A stretch of 64,000 nt of DNA from Marsupella aquatica (GCA_973895155.1 OZ316894.1:17266563-17330562); one strand, 5' to 3'. Positions 13,085 to 27,234 are shown, counted from the first letter of the stretch. The notes: generated by a model from the sequence alone, not told the origin. Translations and numbers: made by a program.

Positions 13085-13266
13085 TACTCATAGTTGTAGT
13101 CAATGAAATTGTCCTAACCATGAATGTACTCATATTTGTAGTAAATGAAATTATCCTAACTATCTTTAAAATTTACTCATAGTTGTAGTCAATGAAATTG
13201 TCCTAACCATGAATGTACTCATATTTGTAGTAAATGAAATTATCCTAACTATCTTTAAAATTTACT
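13085..13266. repeat. Exact 89-bp tandem duplication, each unit made of two related ~42-47 bp subunits
   Basis: TACTCATAGTTGTAGTCAATGAAATTGTCCTAACC... starts at 13085 and 13174. Confidence 0.9.
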
Positions 13267-15409
13267 TGATTTATAATTCTCTATTTAATGTTTGTCGTGT
13301 CACCTATACATTCTAATGTGTAACACTTCAGGCCTCCAAATAGTTCAATAAAACAAGCTTATATAACCAAGGGGTACTCTTCTAATTAGGGTTATTGCAC
13401 ATCATAATGTATTAATGCACTCCATAATTCAAACACATCAAATAGGTTTATCATGATAAAGGAGTGATCTCATACACCATACATTTCATGTTGATGTGCA
13501 ATCATGGGAAGCCTTATATATGGCCGCCAGCGACGTCAGTTAGTAGGCCAAATTCACAGTAAGAAAAAAGCAAACCTTTGCGATCTTTATTTTTAATCGT
13601 AGCACCTCAAGAGAGGAGTTATGGCTCGTTAACAATGCGTGTCAAAAGTCAACCCTTTGAAGACTACAGGGCAGCCATTCCGTTTGGAGCAAAGTCCATA
13701 ATGATTGTGAAGCTTTCTGTGGGATGCCATGGCGCCATCAGTCACGTTGGAGCTCTTGCTGATCAAGCCTGAAGGTAGGTCCTTGCTGATCAAGCCCCAA
13801 GCCCAAAGGAAGAGACTGTTGTGTGACAGCATGCTGCAATCACCACCGTTTGACATCGTTTGACCAGAGGGCCTGAAGACAGGATCTCTCCCCCAGTTTG
13901 ACCAACCACAATAAAGAGCAGGGACTTCTGCTAATTGTGTGAATCAGGTGGAAAGTACAACAGTCATTAATGGACGACCCCAGAGCTGTAAGAAGCGTTT
14001 CAAACGTGGCCCAATGTCAACAGAGACCAGAGGCAACAGAGGCGGCACAAAAGTGCAACAATTGACAGCGACAGACAGTCATGGGGAGGAAGACAAGGCT
14101 GTACATTTTTCTGTATAGTATAGAGAGATGGCATTTCGTTGCATGTCACACAATGCTCCCCTTCAGTAACGGCTCGAATCTGATACGGTACGCGAGTCTT
14201 CGGCATTCCCAATGGAGTCACGCTGATTGACACTGGCATTGCTATGAAGGGCGTCGTCGTTCTGCTGAAATGGAACTCAATGACACTCTGCCATGTTCAG
14301 CGTACAGTGGGGTACGGTATAACCGGCTTCCAAACACATTGGATGTTACTTTCTTTCCAGTGAAGAGCATTAATCATTGTGTTGTAGGAGTTCTGCATTC
14401 CTGTAAGTTGCGATGTCCACACCAGCCTTTGACACACGGAAGCATGTCAAGCAACAAACGAGTTGAGCCATATGCGATTGGACATGTTTTCTGATGACAG
14501 CTTGGTTCTTTGTCAAGGCCGCGGATCCAGGAGTATAGCTCTGCGTTAGGAAGCTATAAGGGCTGTACTTTGTAAAGCCAACACACCACCCACCTGTGGT
14601 AAACGGCAGCAGCCCTCTTGCCTGCTGAGGCCCCCACACGTGAGCAGTTCAAGCCAAATGAATTTCCAGCAAGCAGACAGAAATATGGCACATGTTGGAA
14701 AGAGTCGAAAAAGTTAGCTACTGTACACAGAGCTGATCGAAACTGAAAGGAGCGGAGTAAGTGTCAAGGACATTCCACGCCACTCTCTTGATTTCATGTC
14801 AAAGTTATTATCGAGACGGAGGACATTAGAAATGGAATACCTAAATGCTAGCTCAGCTACGAGGTTTTCTTCTTCAAGGGACAACTAAGGGAGCAAGCGC
14901 CATATTCCTGCTACGACATGCGCATCCATCCTCTGTACAAGGTGAAGTCCAGATGATCTGAACATGGTCACTAGAGACCGGCAGGAACTGTATTTAGAAA
15001 AGAGGACCAGCTTACCACAAGATATCTGTACAAGAAGCTTACACCCACTGACTAATTCTAGTGCCCAAGAATCTAACACAAAATGCCGGAAGGCGGGATC
15101 CACCAAGCTGGAGAGGAGGGGGCGGGGGGAGGTGAAGTAGAGGCTTTACCTATACACAAGAGGAGGAAGAAACGAGATTTGATGAGGAATTCTGTTGGCT
15201 CTAATCGATATGGAAAAAAAAATTCGAACTAGAATTTTTGACCCACATCTTACGACCATCATCCCTGCACTCCGATCAAGAGAGCCGGAGTCCGTCTCGT
15301 TGCATAATCGCAGGGACCGCGGCTGCAGTGGTTGCATGAGGCAATCGATATGCCAGGACAGAGACCCAATTTAGACAAATATCTTCTTCAGCGTCTGCAA
15401 CTGCGTGTA

Positions 15410-15892
15410 TCACTGCGGGTGACTGGGCTCTTCTCCTTGTTGTTGCGGTTGTTGCAGCTGTTGTTGTTGTGCCAACAGTTTTCCCTTCTCGTCTTGGATA
15501 ATGAGGAGTCTGGCTCGTGCGTCCTGTAGATCCCTGTCCAGCTTTTGGTTCTCGTCACGGACCTCTAGTAGCTCCCTGTCAAGCTTGCGGCTTTCGTCAC
15601 GCTCGGCAAACAGTTGCTGTTCAAGCTCATGATGCGATTGCACGAGCTTCGCGTACGCAGTGGCGTTCTTGGCCATCTTTGTGTGCAACGCTGCCAAATC
15701 CGCAGCTGCAGATGCGTCCACCCTCGCCTTTTCGCTCTCCTCTTTCTCGTAAGCGAGATGCCTTGTGCGGTCCACGAGCTCCACCAAGCGTTTCGTACAT
15801 TGTTCCACGGCATTGAGTTGCTCATGAAAGGCATCGACGGGTTGCTCGTTCGCAAGTCCGTCCACGTACTCGAATGCCGGTGCTGCAGCTTC
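15410..15892 (-). CDS. Exon 2 of the BED-finger protein: coiled-coil C-terminus with poly-Q
   Basis: T-rich tract then AAAG|GAA acceptor at 15893/15892. A phase-0 splice gives KKK|EAAAPAFEYVDGLANEQ, in frame with ORF 15410..15865. Heptad-like LEQQLFAERDESRKLDRELLEVRDENQKLDRDLQ. Spliced product ~334 aa. Confidence 0.68.
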   Translation of the reverse strand, partial: EAAAPAFEYVDGLANEQPVDAFHEQLNAVEQCTKRLVELVDRTRHLAYEKEESEKARVDASAAADLAALHTKMAKNATAYAKLVQSHHELEQQLFAERDESRKLDRELLEVRDENQKLDRDLQDARARLLIIQDEKGKLLAQQQQLQQPQQQGEEPSHPQ

Positions 15893-16263
15893 CTTTAAGA
15901 TAATTCACAAACAAGAAAAATCCCAGTCAGAGCTACACAATTCTCCTGCTCCCTCTGAAAGCGACAAATGCGTTCACTGATTTCCAGTGCCGTCAAAGAG
16001 GTCAAACATGTCACCGCTCTCCAGCCGCCGGAGGGCGACTGAGATTGAGACAGAATTCGTAGCTCTCGACGACAACCACACTTCGCAAATCGATGCAATC
16101 GATGTTCGCCCTTTACACGGATGAATGCAACTGACATGTAAGTGAATCTGAGGCCGAGAGATTTGACAGTGTCAGCCTTCGACAGGTCTTGACACACACG
16201 ACATGACATGAAAAGAACGAGGCTATTGTCAGTGAAATTCAAAAAGTGAGCGAGTGAGCCAAC

Positions 16264-16785
16264 CTTCTTTTTCTCCCTCCTATTCCGAGGGCTCACGGCG
16301 CTGCTGCAGCTTGTGAGTCGTCCTTGAGAGTCAGCTCGAAGCATGGCCTCCTTGACCTCCATCTCCGTCTCTGCCAGTCGCATAGCATCCTCATGGGTCA
16401 GGAACTCCTTGCACTTCTTTAGGAGGTGATCTTTCAGCCTGGTCGGATTACAGTGCGACAGCTCTCCCTGACAGAATTTGCACTTGGAATACCCCGGTCT
16501 CGTGTCGACGAGTGGCGTCCAGAAAGGCCAAATCCAACCCTTCTGTCCTACTTGTTTCCTCGGACCCGGTGACAGAGTGCTATCCCCACCTGCGGCATTC
16601 TTCCGCCTTCTTTTGGGTGGCAAGCTTCCCGGCGCACTGTTCGACGGCCTCTTGGATTTGGTTGGAACCACTGGGAGCAGTAGCGAAGGTGGTGGCTGTT
16701 GCTGTTGTTGTTGCGGCTGCTGCTGCTGCTGCTGTGGTGGCTGGTGCGAAGCCAGGGATGCTGGGGCTTGTTCATTGAGGCTCAT
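16264..16785 (-). CDS. Exon 1 of a BED-type zinc-finger / coiled-coil protein (poly-Q, NLS-like PPKRRRK, BED finger)
   Basis: First ATG at 16785 follows an in-frame TAG. WIWPFW...KCKFC...PTRLKDHLLKKC fits the BED consensus. Donor AAG|GT at 16264/16263. Confidence 0.7.
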
Positions 16786-19700
16786 GATGCTGCCGTTGTT
16801 CAAGACCTGGGGAGGAGCCGTGGTGGCGATCGAGACGTTCCTGGCCTAGGTTGGAGCTCGGCAACTCTGCCTGGAGTGACAATTCTTGGCTAAACCCTAA
16901 ACCCCCCCAGACGAACCTCCCCCAATTCCAATCTTCAGCAAAGATACCGAGAGCGGGATGCGCAATTGACCGCTTCTGCTATCATTCTACCTTACGGTGA
17001 AATGGCTGCACCATTTGCATACTGCCCAGAAGTTCTATGCTGCGTTCGACATGACATTAGAGTTTGCCTCCTTGCCCTGTCCCTCCTGGTCGTACTGCAT
17101 GAAATCTAAACATGTCTCTGTTCCGCTACACTACTACTATTACTCGCCTGCTGTGCTTTGCCTCGCCCATCTGCTCCTCCTTTTCATCATCATGCTTGTC
17201 GACATCGTAGTCATTCTTTTTCTTCTTCTTGTTCTTCCCCTTCACCGCGAGTGGCTTCAGTCGAATAAACTCCAGCAAGCTGAAGACACGAACACGAAGG
17301 CGACGACCTGACGCAACTCCTCGCCAGCGACCGAGCCACGCGACTAGAAGCACGTCGTCTGTGTCCTTCCTTTCCGTGAGAGAAGAAGAATCAAGCGCGC
17401 TTGACAGTTACTGCCTTTGCTTCTGCTGTGTCACAAACTACTTACTCCTACTACTACTACTGCGCCTGTGGTTCCACGGCCCTCTTCATCGTCGCCACCG
17501 GACCGGAAGACAGGGTAAGATAATCCCGTAACACCGTAAGCAGCACTAGGGAGGAAGTTCGAACTTCTTATCCCCCGAAAGAAGATAGCAAAGATGGCAA
17601 GAAAACTCCCTCGAACCGCATGACACCGCACTACACCCTGCCTGCCTCCCTGCTCATGGTGCCTTTTCCTTCTCCACTTGCGTCAGTGCGTGCGTCACAA
17701 AATCGCCAACGTAGGCGAACCTCCGTGACCCGGCCTGAACCAAAACAAAAAGCTCAAGACCTTCCGCCACTCAAAGACCGCAAATTCTCCAACGGCGTCG
17801 CAGCTCGAAACTCACTCGGCTGCCACCGATAATCGCAACAACGGCAACGACATCGACATCGGCGGAAACATTTCAGGCCAGGGGAAGAAGAGGAAAAAGA
17901 AGAAGTAAAGGAGGAAAAAGACGACGCACGGAGAGGGAGGTCAAAAGGGTCGTCGCACAGCGGCGGAGGGGGAAAAAAACCACCACACATCTTCAGACCG
18001 TGCGCAGCACGAGCAAGCAGAAGAAGAAGAAGCAGCAGCAGCAGCACGAGGCTTCAGCCACTCCAGCCATCCTCTCGGACCGGCAAAAAGCCACCGATTT
18101 CTCGACCAATGCCCATGAAAAAAAAAACCCCACTGCGATTGACGATGCAAAGACCAAAACTCCGCGACTCCCTGCCCTTTCCTGTGCTGCCTGTTCGTCG
18201 GTCTGTCTGGGATCATCACCATCGACGAGGCTCCACTCCCTCGCTCTAGCTCTCGCCCCACTTCCTCGATTTCTCTCGCTCCCTCGCTCTTCTCCATCAC
18301 CTCTAACGGGAACGAGGATTTTCTCGTTTGGGTACGGCAGCGCCGGCATTACACTGTAAAGCATCTGAGTGGCGTGTAACCTACACATGTAAGTGTATCT
18401 GGCCCCACCCGCCTTCCCACATGTCCTGCTTTACCGCCCGCCCATACATGTAAAGACCAATGGTTGCGGCGCACCGCCTAGTGGGCTGAGGCTCACAATG
18501 CCGACGGTAACACTGTCATCAGCCAACGCTTGACAGGTCGCAAAGGGCGTGGTGGGTGTCAAAAGGCCTCCAACTTACACCTGCGCTCCTCCGCATCACG
18601 TAACCGCTTTTTCGATTCTTCTTTCTCTCTCCCTCCCCTCCTGCTGCTCCGTTGCTCCGGTCCGGTCCGGCCATGCCCCTATCGATCCCCATTATTAAAA
18701 TATAACCGTGTCATCGGACTGTGTTGCAGCTTTGGTTTTTGGTGTAGTTTGGTTTAAGGGTGTCTATCACACTGCCAAATAGACGGGAACGTTAAACTGG
18801 GACATGGTCTCAAGGGTACATGGTCTCAAAGGCAAAAGAACTCAATATTAATAGGGAAAGAGTCTTTCCATCCATTTTGGTGTTTTCATTTATTGTGTTT
18901 TTCGCCAGTGGGATCCTGTGTGTCGGGATTTGGCTTTTTTGTTCTTTGGGCAGTTTGATATTGCTCCATTCTCTTCAGTTTAATATGTTTGTCCAGTTTG
19001 GACTTCTTTTGTTTATTCTCCACTGGACATTGTTAGGCTCTTTTTGTCAAAAAATATATTTGTTAAACAATTGATACCGATCTCTTTTCTTTTGAGAAGC
19101 TTGGGTAAGATCCCTATCCTAAAATGTTTTTTCCCCATCCCTTTTTGTAAAAGCTAGGGTAGGATCCCAATGTATTCTTTCTGTTTAAAGTCCGGGCCAA
19201 TTTTATTGCTTTGCTCTGAGAGTACGACATGTGCATGCCACGCTATGATCTGGAGAATTGAACAACAATGGTGTCATCTGGGTACTGCCAGATTTTGGCT
19301 AAGGCGTTCTATTTATCCGTGTCTTTTTTGAAAGCACTGGTAGTATCTCTATCCCCCAAAAACTTTATCCCAAATGTTTTGCTCATATAAGTGAAGGGTC
19401 CATGTGTGTATGGCGAGGGTGCAGACTCCACCCTGCCCCTCGTGTCCAACGACTTGGGAGGTCGTTGGCTGGCTGGGCCAGAGTTGCATGGGGCAACTGC
19501 ACCCTAACCCCTCACTCCCCACACCCTCTGGTTCCCAATACCGGGCGCCTAAGTGCTACACACAGTCTATTGTCTTTACATTCTGATTCACTCGTTACAA
19601 AACAGGAGAGAAACACAACAACTCATCAAAGTTTGTTGCAAGAAATTGCACTCTCTATCAGAACATAAAATTGAGGTTTTGTGTACAGGATTGGAGGCTC

Positions 19701-22639
19701 AATTCCAAACAGGAGAGAACACAACAAACTCAACAAAGTATGTAGCAACAGATTGTGTTGTATGAGAACATAAATTGAGGCTTTGTGGACAGGACAATCC
19801 AAGAATTATCAAAGCTTGTTAGGCATCATATTGCAGGAGGAAAATTGCCTCATTGGAGAGACCACAGACTATTCATCTATCCAGAAGATTGTCCACTTTA
19901 ATTTACAATGGTCCATTCATATTCAGGATTTTCTGGATCACTCATACATTGAAGAGAAGGAATGCCTCGTTGGATTCAGTAGTTTTCTATTGAACCCATC
20001 TCCTAGAGCAGTTGGTTATTGCTGGATTTGCTGTCATCTCCAGAATGGTCCATAGAGCTCTCAATGGGTCCTCAAACCATTCCACAACAGATAGTATGAG
20101 TGCGTCGGGAACAATGGGAGCTATGGCGCCAGCAGGAGTAGGAGCACCAGCTATGGTGGAAGCAACAATGTGGACCTTGAAGCCACCTCAAAGCTGTGGC
20201 GGGAGCTGCGTCCACTAGCAATTTTGTGCAAGGCACGGTCGTGAGAGGCAGACGAACCCGCATCGGTCACCGCAGTCAGGTCCACTCTGTTGGGCTGGGT
20301 CAGCCATGGATTGAGTTAGTGGGCGGTTCTGGAGGGCAAATGACTTGGGCAGGCCCGTGGCCCACAAGGGGCAAGGGTACCCCGCAAGGAGTGGGTGGGC
20401 TTGCCATCCTCCTCCCGCCCCACTCTACTCGCACCCCCTGTATGGCAATGGCCCAGTGTCCTTGGGGCATCTGTGAGGCTGCTCACTCCCTCACCATACC
20501 CACATGGAACCCTGCTCTAAATCAGGTGATGGATAGATGGAGTAGAGAGAGCATGACTTTGGCTAGGTTCAGTGTGTCTGTTGGGTGCTGACTCTGTTCT
20601 TGGAGTTGACTTTAGTCAATATTTTAATACCATGTTTTCATTCATTATCCCCTTCCGAAAGTAATGTTGTCATACTACAGTACGTAAAAAAGAAATACTG
20701 CCAAAGAGCATCTTTGTGGTACCTTCTCATGTGGGCCATGGGATCTACCCGACCTACTGTGGACTGTCTTATTTTATTGTTGCCATAGATATACTAGAAT
20801 TATTATGCGTAATTATTGATTGTTGATATGGGAAACTATTCACGCATATGGGTTCTAATAATAAGTACTGTAAATTTTTTCAAGTCTAAAACCTCCTAAG
20901 ATATTTTAATGCATCCATAATCTATTTGATGAAGAAATGCTCCCGGAAATCATTGTATCAGTTTGAAGGATGACATTCCACGTGTCCTCGTCCCATACGA
21001 AGACATTTTTGTAACAAGGATACCCACTAATTTTCATCAGTTCTCTATCAAAAATGACAACGCTTACTTTTATTCTTCTGCCTGTCTTTTTTGGAGGCAA
21101 CTTCTTTGGAATAGATGACAACTTTTACTCACCCACAAGAGTAAAGCACCAATGCTTGTCCATCCACAAAAGATACAAAGTAATTAGAAAAAGTACAAAG
21201 CATCTCAAACCTAACCAGCCTCCATTTCCACTCCTGTCTGATTTGATAGAACCTATGTCTATTTGTTTCTTTGTCAAGCCGCCTCCATATTGCAATCCTA
21301 TCCAAACCAGTGTTGATACAAGCTATGGAGATCTTTCCTTGTCAAAATTGTTGCTGGCTTTTTGCCCTTTCAACCACTGCTGCTATTATAAAAAGGGCCT
21401 GCCCCTAAAATCTCACTGTTCACTTTCCTAGGTGAACAGCAGACTGAGATTTACCCTGCTGGCTGTATCACTCACTTCCATCATAGGACCGTGTACCTTA
21501 CAAATGACTTTTGATGTTTACTTAGATAAATAAGAACTCGTTTTAGATGCGGTTATTTGTAAAGATTTGATCCCAAATCTCTGTTTGAAGCTTGATAGCG
21601 CGTATGGTGAACTGATGCTCTGTCATATGTACATGATTGTACTTTTTGTGAAATGAATCATGCAAGATACCTGGGATACACTAGTGACACCAAATTTGCA
21701 CAAAAGATAATTCATTATTGAAAATATGTGATGCTCCCATGGACTACAAGGTTGGGCTTTGAGAACCCCATGGACCACATTTCCTAAATTTTAAGTTCAA
21801 TTGTTAGAACTTGATGTTCATAAATTCAAATATTTTCTGGTTTTAAGGATGTGCTAGAGGAATAGGTAAGCTACACCTTCATCAAAATGACAATGAATTT
21901 TTGGCCATGTTAGTTGAGTTATTCATCTCCAAATGTGGAAGGGTAAATTCTACTAGATTGCTTTTCATGTAGAAACTGGAATCTCGAGGAATTATCTAGG
22001 TCATTGTAATATTCTATGAAATGTAGAAAACGTAATGGTATTGAGATGGGCATACACGAACCTGATCCCAAAGCAACTTTATAGAATTATAGGGGAACTT
22101 GTGAATTCGGGAGACGTGTAGTTCTCTTTAATAGGTCTGTGATTACTGTAGTAGTTAAGGGACAAGGTCGGTATTGTGGTTGACCAGATCTCTCCTCGAC
22201 AGTGTCAACAAACACTCCTCCTGATGACATGTGGGAGCTTTTAGAAACACACTTACAAGAGAACTTTTTAACTTTGCATGTATATAAAGAAAAAGGGATG
22301 AGGTGGGCTGAACTTGACACACGCCTATCATGTGGAATGGAATCTTGATTGGTGATTCCAGTCCCCCTCAAGTTTAGCAAGCACTGTTGAAAAGATGATG
22401 TAGACATAATAAGTTGTGATATTAATAATTAGTGGGATCAAAAGCTACTCTTCAGAGCCTAGGATCAAAAGCGAATCCTCTAGGCAACTCTGGGTTCTAC
22501 CAAAAGTTGGAGGTGAGGGTGAAAAATAGAGATTAGCGGGGCTGGGGCAGTTTTAGAATGTTCTGGCCTCTATTTATGTTAATGAAACTATTATAGTCAA
22601 CTACATGTGAGTGATTTTACGTCACATTTAAATGACTAC

Positions 22640-25600
22640 ATAACATATTCGACTGAAGGTGGCTCTCCCCCAGGATGCGGATAATGTAGAGCCATGGTGC
22701 CAAAAACAAAAAGGTCATTAGTGGTCGAAGTATCCCATTGGCAGGGATGCTCTAAGGAGCCAAAAAGATACAGTAGTCATTGATTTTTATGGCAGTAAAG
22801 AATCTTACTGAGTTTGAAACTTTGAATCAACAACTCTTCTACGAGTGAGATTGTACAAGGTCGCCCTCTCAAAAATGGCCCTTCTACGATAAACTACAAA
22901 ATGCAAAATATCACTCTAGCGAGGGTAATAGTAGGCAAGAAAGGACAAGGCTGTTTCTTTCTTGGAGACATCTGAACTAGGGTCATTAAGCTTGGCCTAT
23001 GTCCGTGTCAGAACCACCTAAGACCAAAAGTTTAATTAGACTCCACCCTATTGCATCCATGTCCTTGTCATTTATTTGGCTTTTGCTCTTTGCGTTTTGT
23101 TGGAAGCTTGAATACTAAACCGTCATTGTTCCTTTGAAAAAAACCTCGCCCCTCTTCTCTTTAGCAGGACTGACTTGCTCGATGCATACGTTTTGCTTGC
23201 CAATAGAAGTTGCTTTGGTGCCACATCCAAGCAACATCCTTTGGACATCAATGTCCCACTTGGAGATTTGGTTACGATGCTAGATGTGTATCATTAGATC
23301 ATCAGGCTATTTGCACTTGTAAGTTTTTATTTCTCATATTTTCTACTTCGTAGATTTTGGGGGTTTGTATTTGGTCTCTTCTTTTGAGTTTTGGCTTTGT
23401 CTCTTTAGAACTCTTTTGCTTATACTCAGGTGTACTTGTTTGGCCTTTTCTGTAAATTGGTACTTTTTCCACCTTGGAGACAAACAGACAATCAAAAAGG
23501 AAGACCTACCCAAACATGATACTCAGCAAGTTGAGTCCCTGGAAAATCATTTATGGCATGGACTGTCAGCTGCCCCTCGACTGCCCACAAAAAAAGTAAA
23601 TAATTATATGTTTTGTCTAAGTGTAAGGAGCTTTGTCTGAAGCCCACTCTGGGTGTGGCTTGTGTAACAAGCATTGCACCTAGGGGGTTTTGAACCCAAT
23701 TCTCCACCTCACCACACAGATGTTTGGACCACAATCCCCACAGCTTATTGGACTGGAATAGAGGTCCCACTCTTGATATTTATATTAATATCATTTGCGC
23801 ACAATTTGGGTGGACAGCCTGAAAGTGTTGTAAGTGACATTCCAGGGATCCATTGCCAGTATCTGCTTTCATTAAATTACACCCGCTTTAGTTGAAAATT
23901 AACAATTAAAAGGTACATTCAAGACAAAAATATATATATGCAAGTTAGACCCACCCCAACAGAGGGGTCTCTGGTTCCATAGAATTACACTCACTTTAGT
24001 TCCAATCAACAATGCCTCTAATTTACTTTGTAAGTGAAATTTTGCCACTGAGATTGGAGCTACATGCAATCCTTCGTAATTCACATTTCTATGAGAAGCT
24101 TTGACTGTCAAAGAATCTATGTGGGATGTGTAGTGTTAACGTTTATTAAACCAAGCCGCCACGATTAAAGCGGCCCTGCTCCTGAGCAACCAATGTTTGA
24201 ATGTTAAGGTAACTGCCCGGCACAGAACCCTTGGAACCGGCCTTGAACCTAGAAATCTATTTTGGTGATTTCTCAATATGTGGGCTATTTTTAAATGTGG
24301 TTTCTGCTGGAAAGCGTATCTCAATTCGATCTACATGTTGAGCCGTAGATCACGCCCATGGGGAAATAATGAGATGCCACTTGTAATCAGAAATTCACAA
24401 ACAGAAGCTATGCTCTTCAGTATACTTGATTATAGTATATGTGCAATGAGTACTAATGTACATATTACCTGGAGTACTTTATAAAAGAGCTTCTTATTGT
24501 GTAAAGATGAGTAAGTTTACTTCAAATTTAGTTCACTAGACAACATTAATCGACTGAAGGTGGCTCTCCACCAGGATGCGGATAAAATAGAGCCATCATG
24601 CCAAAACAAAAAGGTCATTGTTGGTGGAAGTATCCCATTGGCAGGGATGCTCTAAGAAGCCAAACAAATTCAACATTCATTGTTTTCATGTAAGTTAAGA
24701 ATCTTTACTTAGTCTAATCAACAACTCTTCTACGAGTGAGATTGTAACTACAATGTAGCCCTTACAACTATGGCGATTCTATTATAAGCTTCAAAACTCC
24801 AAAATATCACTCGAGCTTAGAGGGTACTAGTAGGCAAGAAAGTACAAGGTTGTTAATTTCTTGGAAGCATCTTAAAGAGACTCATTAAGCTCGGCCTATG
24901 CCTGTGTCATAACTACCAAACGCCAAAAGTTCACTGAGACTGAGACTCCACCCTCTTGGATCCAACTCCTTCTCATTTGTTGGCTTTTGCCCTTTGCCTT
25001 TTTAGGAAGCTTGTATAATAAAGCCTCATTGTTCCGTGTTTGAAAAGAAAACTCACCCATCTTATCTTTTGAAGGCCTGGCATGCTCCATGCATGCATTT
25101 TACTTGTCAGTAAAAGCTGCTTTAGTGCCGCATCTACACAAAGTCCTTTGGACATCCATGTCCCACTTGGAGACTTTGTTACGGCATTAGATGTGGACCA
25201 TTAGATCATCACACTATTTGCACTAGTATATCTTTATTTCTCATATTTTACACTTTCTAGTTTTGGGGGGCTTGCATCTGGCCTCTTCTTACAAGTTTAA
25301 GGTTTGCCCTCTCCAGAACTCTTTTGCTTTTACTCCTTGTACTTTGTTTGGCCATTTTTTGTAAATCGGTAGTTCTTTACTCTGAAGACAAACAAACAAT
25401 CAGAAAGGAAGACACACCCCAACTCACTGGTCTCTGTTTTCATAAAACTACAACTCTAGTTAAATTGACAATTAAAAGGGCATCCAAGACAAACAAATGC
25501 AAGTAAGTTAGAGCCACACAAACACAGGGGTCTCTGGGGTCATAGAAATACACCCACTTTAGTTCCAATCAATAATGCCTATAAATTGCTTTGTAAGTGA

Positions 25601-26070
25601 GATTTTGCTACCGAGATTGAAAGCTACATGCAATCCTTCATAAATTACATCTCTATTAGAAACTTTGAGCTGTCAAAGAATCTCTCCATGTATGTTGTAA
25701 TGTTAATGTTTATTAAACCACAGCCGCCACTATGAAAAGGCCCTTGCCCCTACCTGCCCACCACAATTTTTCAAAGTGACGTATAGACCTCGCAGACTCT
25801 CCCACTCACTGCCCGTCATGGGATCCTTGGACCCTAGAAATGTCTTTTGGATTCTTAAACATGTGGATTAATTTTAGATTTAGCTTTTGGTCGAAATTAG
25901 GTTCAGGTAGATCTACATTCTGAGCCGTAGATCATTCCTAAGGTGAACTAATTAGATGCCACTTGTAATCAGAAAAACCACAAAAGTAAGCTATGCTTGT
26001 TAGTATACACGATTATAGTATGTGTGAAATGAGTACTACATGTTACCCAGAGCACTTTATGAAAAGCTGG
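22640..26070. repeat. Diverged tandem duplication: copy 1 ~22640-24490, copy 2 ~24545-26070; copy 1 has an extra segment at ~23517-23885
   Basis: Colinear shared blocks CGACTGAAGGTGGCTCTCC, AAGTATCCCATTGGCAGGGATGCTCTAAG, AACAACTCTTCTACGAGTGAGATTGTA, ATGTCCCACTTGGAGA, TGAGCCGTAGATCA and GATGCCACTTGTAATCAGAAA in both copies. Confidence 0.85.
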
Positions 26071-26694
26071 TGGTTTAAAAGGAATTTCCAAGGCAAAAAG
26101 AAATGTCAAAGGATCCTTGTCTTGGGTTTATTATTCAAACCCATACTACAGTAGTAGAAGGGCCTACAATGACCAGGCAAAAATACAAAATAAAAGGGAC
26201 AATGGTATTTTAACTTTGATCCACCCACTCTACAGTCTACACCGTAGTGCAAATAGTTACTGTCCCCACCGTTAAACAATGCTGAGCTCAACATTGTACG
26301 CCGTTGACAAAAGATACAATAAGCCAAACGGGGGCCCCAAGAAACCTTTTGCAGAGTCTGAGGTAGGCGTTACATCTCCCACACAAATAGTAATCATACT
26401 CCCTGGAATATGCTCAAACTTAATTATCTTTACATTGAACAGTGCCCATCTTGTGGCGTGTTACATAGTCCTTTTAGGGATAGACTTTGAAAATTGATCC
26501 ATGAAATAAACATGCAAAAGCAAATCTGAGGATTAGCTAAAGAGGATAAAATAAAGTAAAAGTATGAGGAGTGGCTGGCTACAGGTCCTACACAAGAGGC
26601 AACATACATCATTCTGAAGTAACCACCACGCAAATTGGGGGGAGGGGGGAAGATTTATCCCTAATAAATTACTAGCTCAATACCAGTGAGTTTG

Positions 26695-26890
26695 TACAAA
26701 CGATGTCCTTGCCTAGAAGATGTCATTTGCAAAAAGAATGTTCTTGCATAAAAGATGTCATTTGTGGAATAGATGTTTTTGTGCAACAGACATTGTTATG
26801 TGAAGATGTTTTTTATCCAAGGGAGGACATTGGGTAAAAGATGTTTGCATTGCGCAAAGATGACTCTTTGTAAACGATGTCATCTCTGCC
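26695..26890 (+). repeat. Degenerate AAAGATGT-based repeat array (family also at ~28381-28640 and ~39717-40080)
   Basis: Recurrent (A)AAGATGT motifs roughly every 20-40 bp. Confidence 0.55.
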
Positions 26891-27234
26891 CCATCAATGT
26901 GCAAGAGTCACATTAGAACTTCATTCTGGTGTTTGTTTGTTTTGGCCTAGTTTTCTATTGTAACTTAGATTTTCTACCCCCTGCAAAAAAATGCTGTCCT
27001 TCTCTCTCCCCAGAAGGAAAAAAAGCCACACCACACAACAACTGAAAAACAATTATGACCTAATGTAACAATATAACAACCCCGCCCTCAACTACTCCCC
27101 CCCAACCTCCTGATAAAATGGAAAGAGGTAAAACCTTTCTAAAAATGGTTGAAATTAATTTGGGAAACAAAAATTCCTAAGTGCTTGTCCTTCTTGCCTA
27201 GCTGTCATACCTATTAGGGTTAGTCATACCTGTT

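Noticed and set aside
15895-16803. 302-aa ORF as a complete single-exon protein
   Set aside because: The part after KKK reads through a GT-AG intron and has no protein-like character. The spliced model is in frame and more coherent.
16997-18757. Many overlapping 65-130 aa ORFs
   Set aside because: Low-complexity translations of GC-rich, microsatellite-containing promoter/5'UTR DNA, with no domain motifs.
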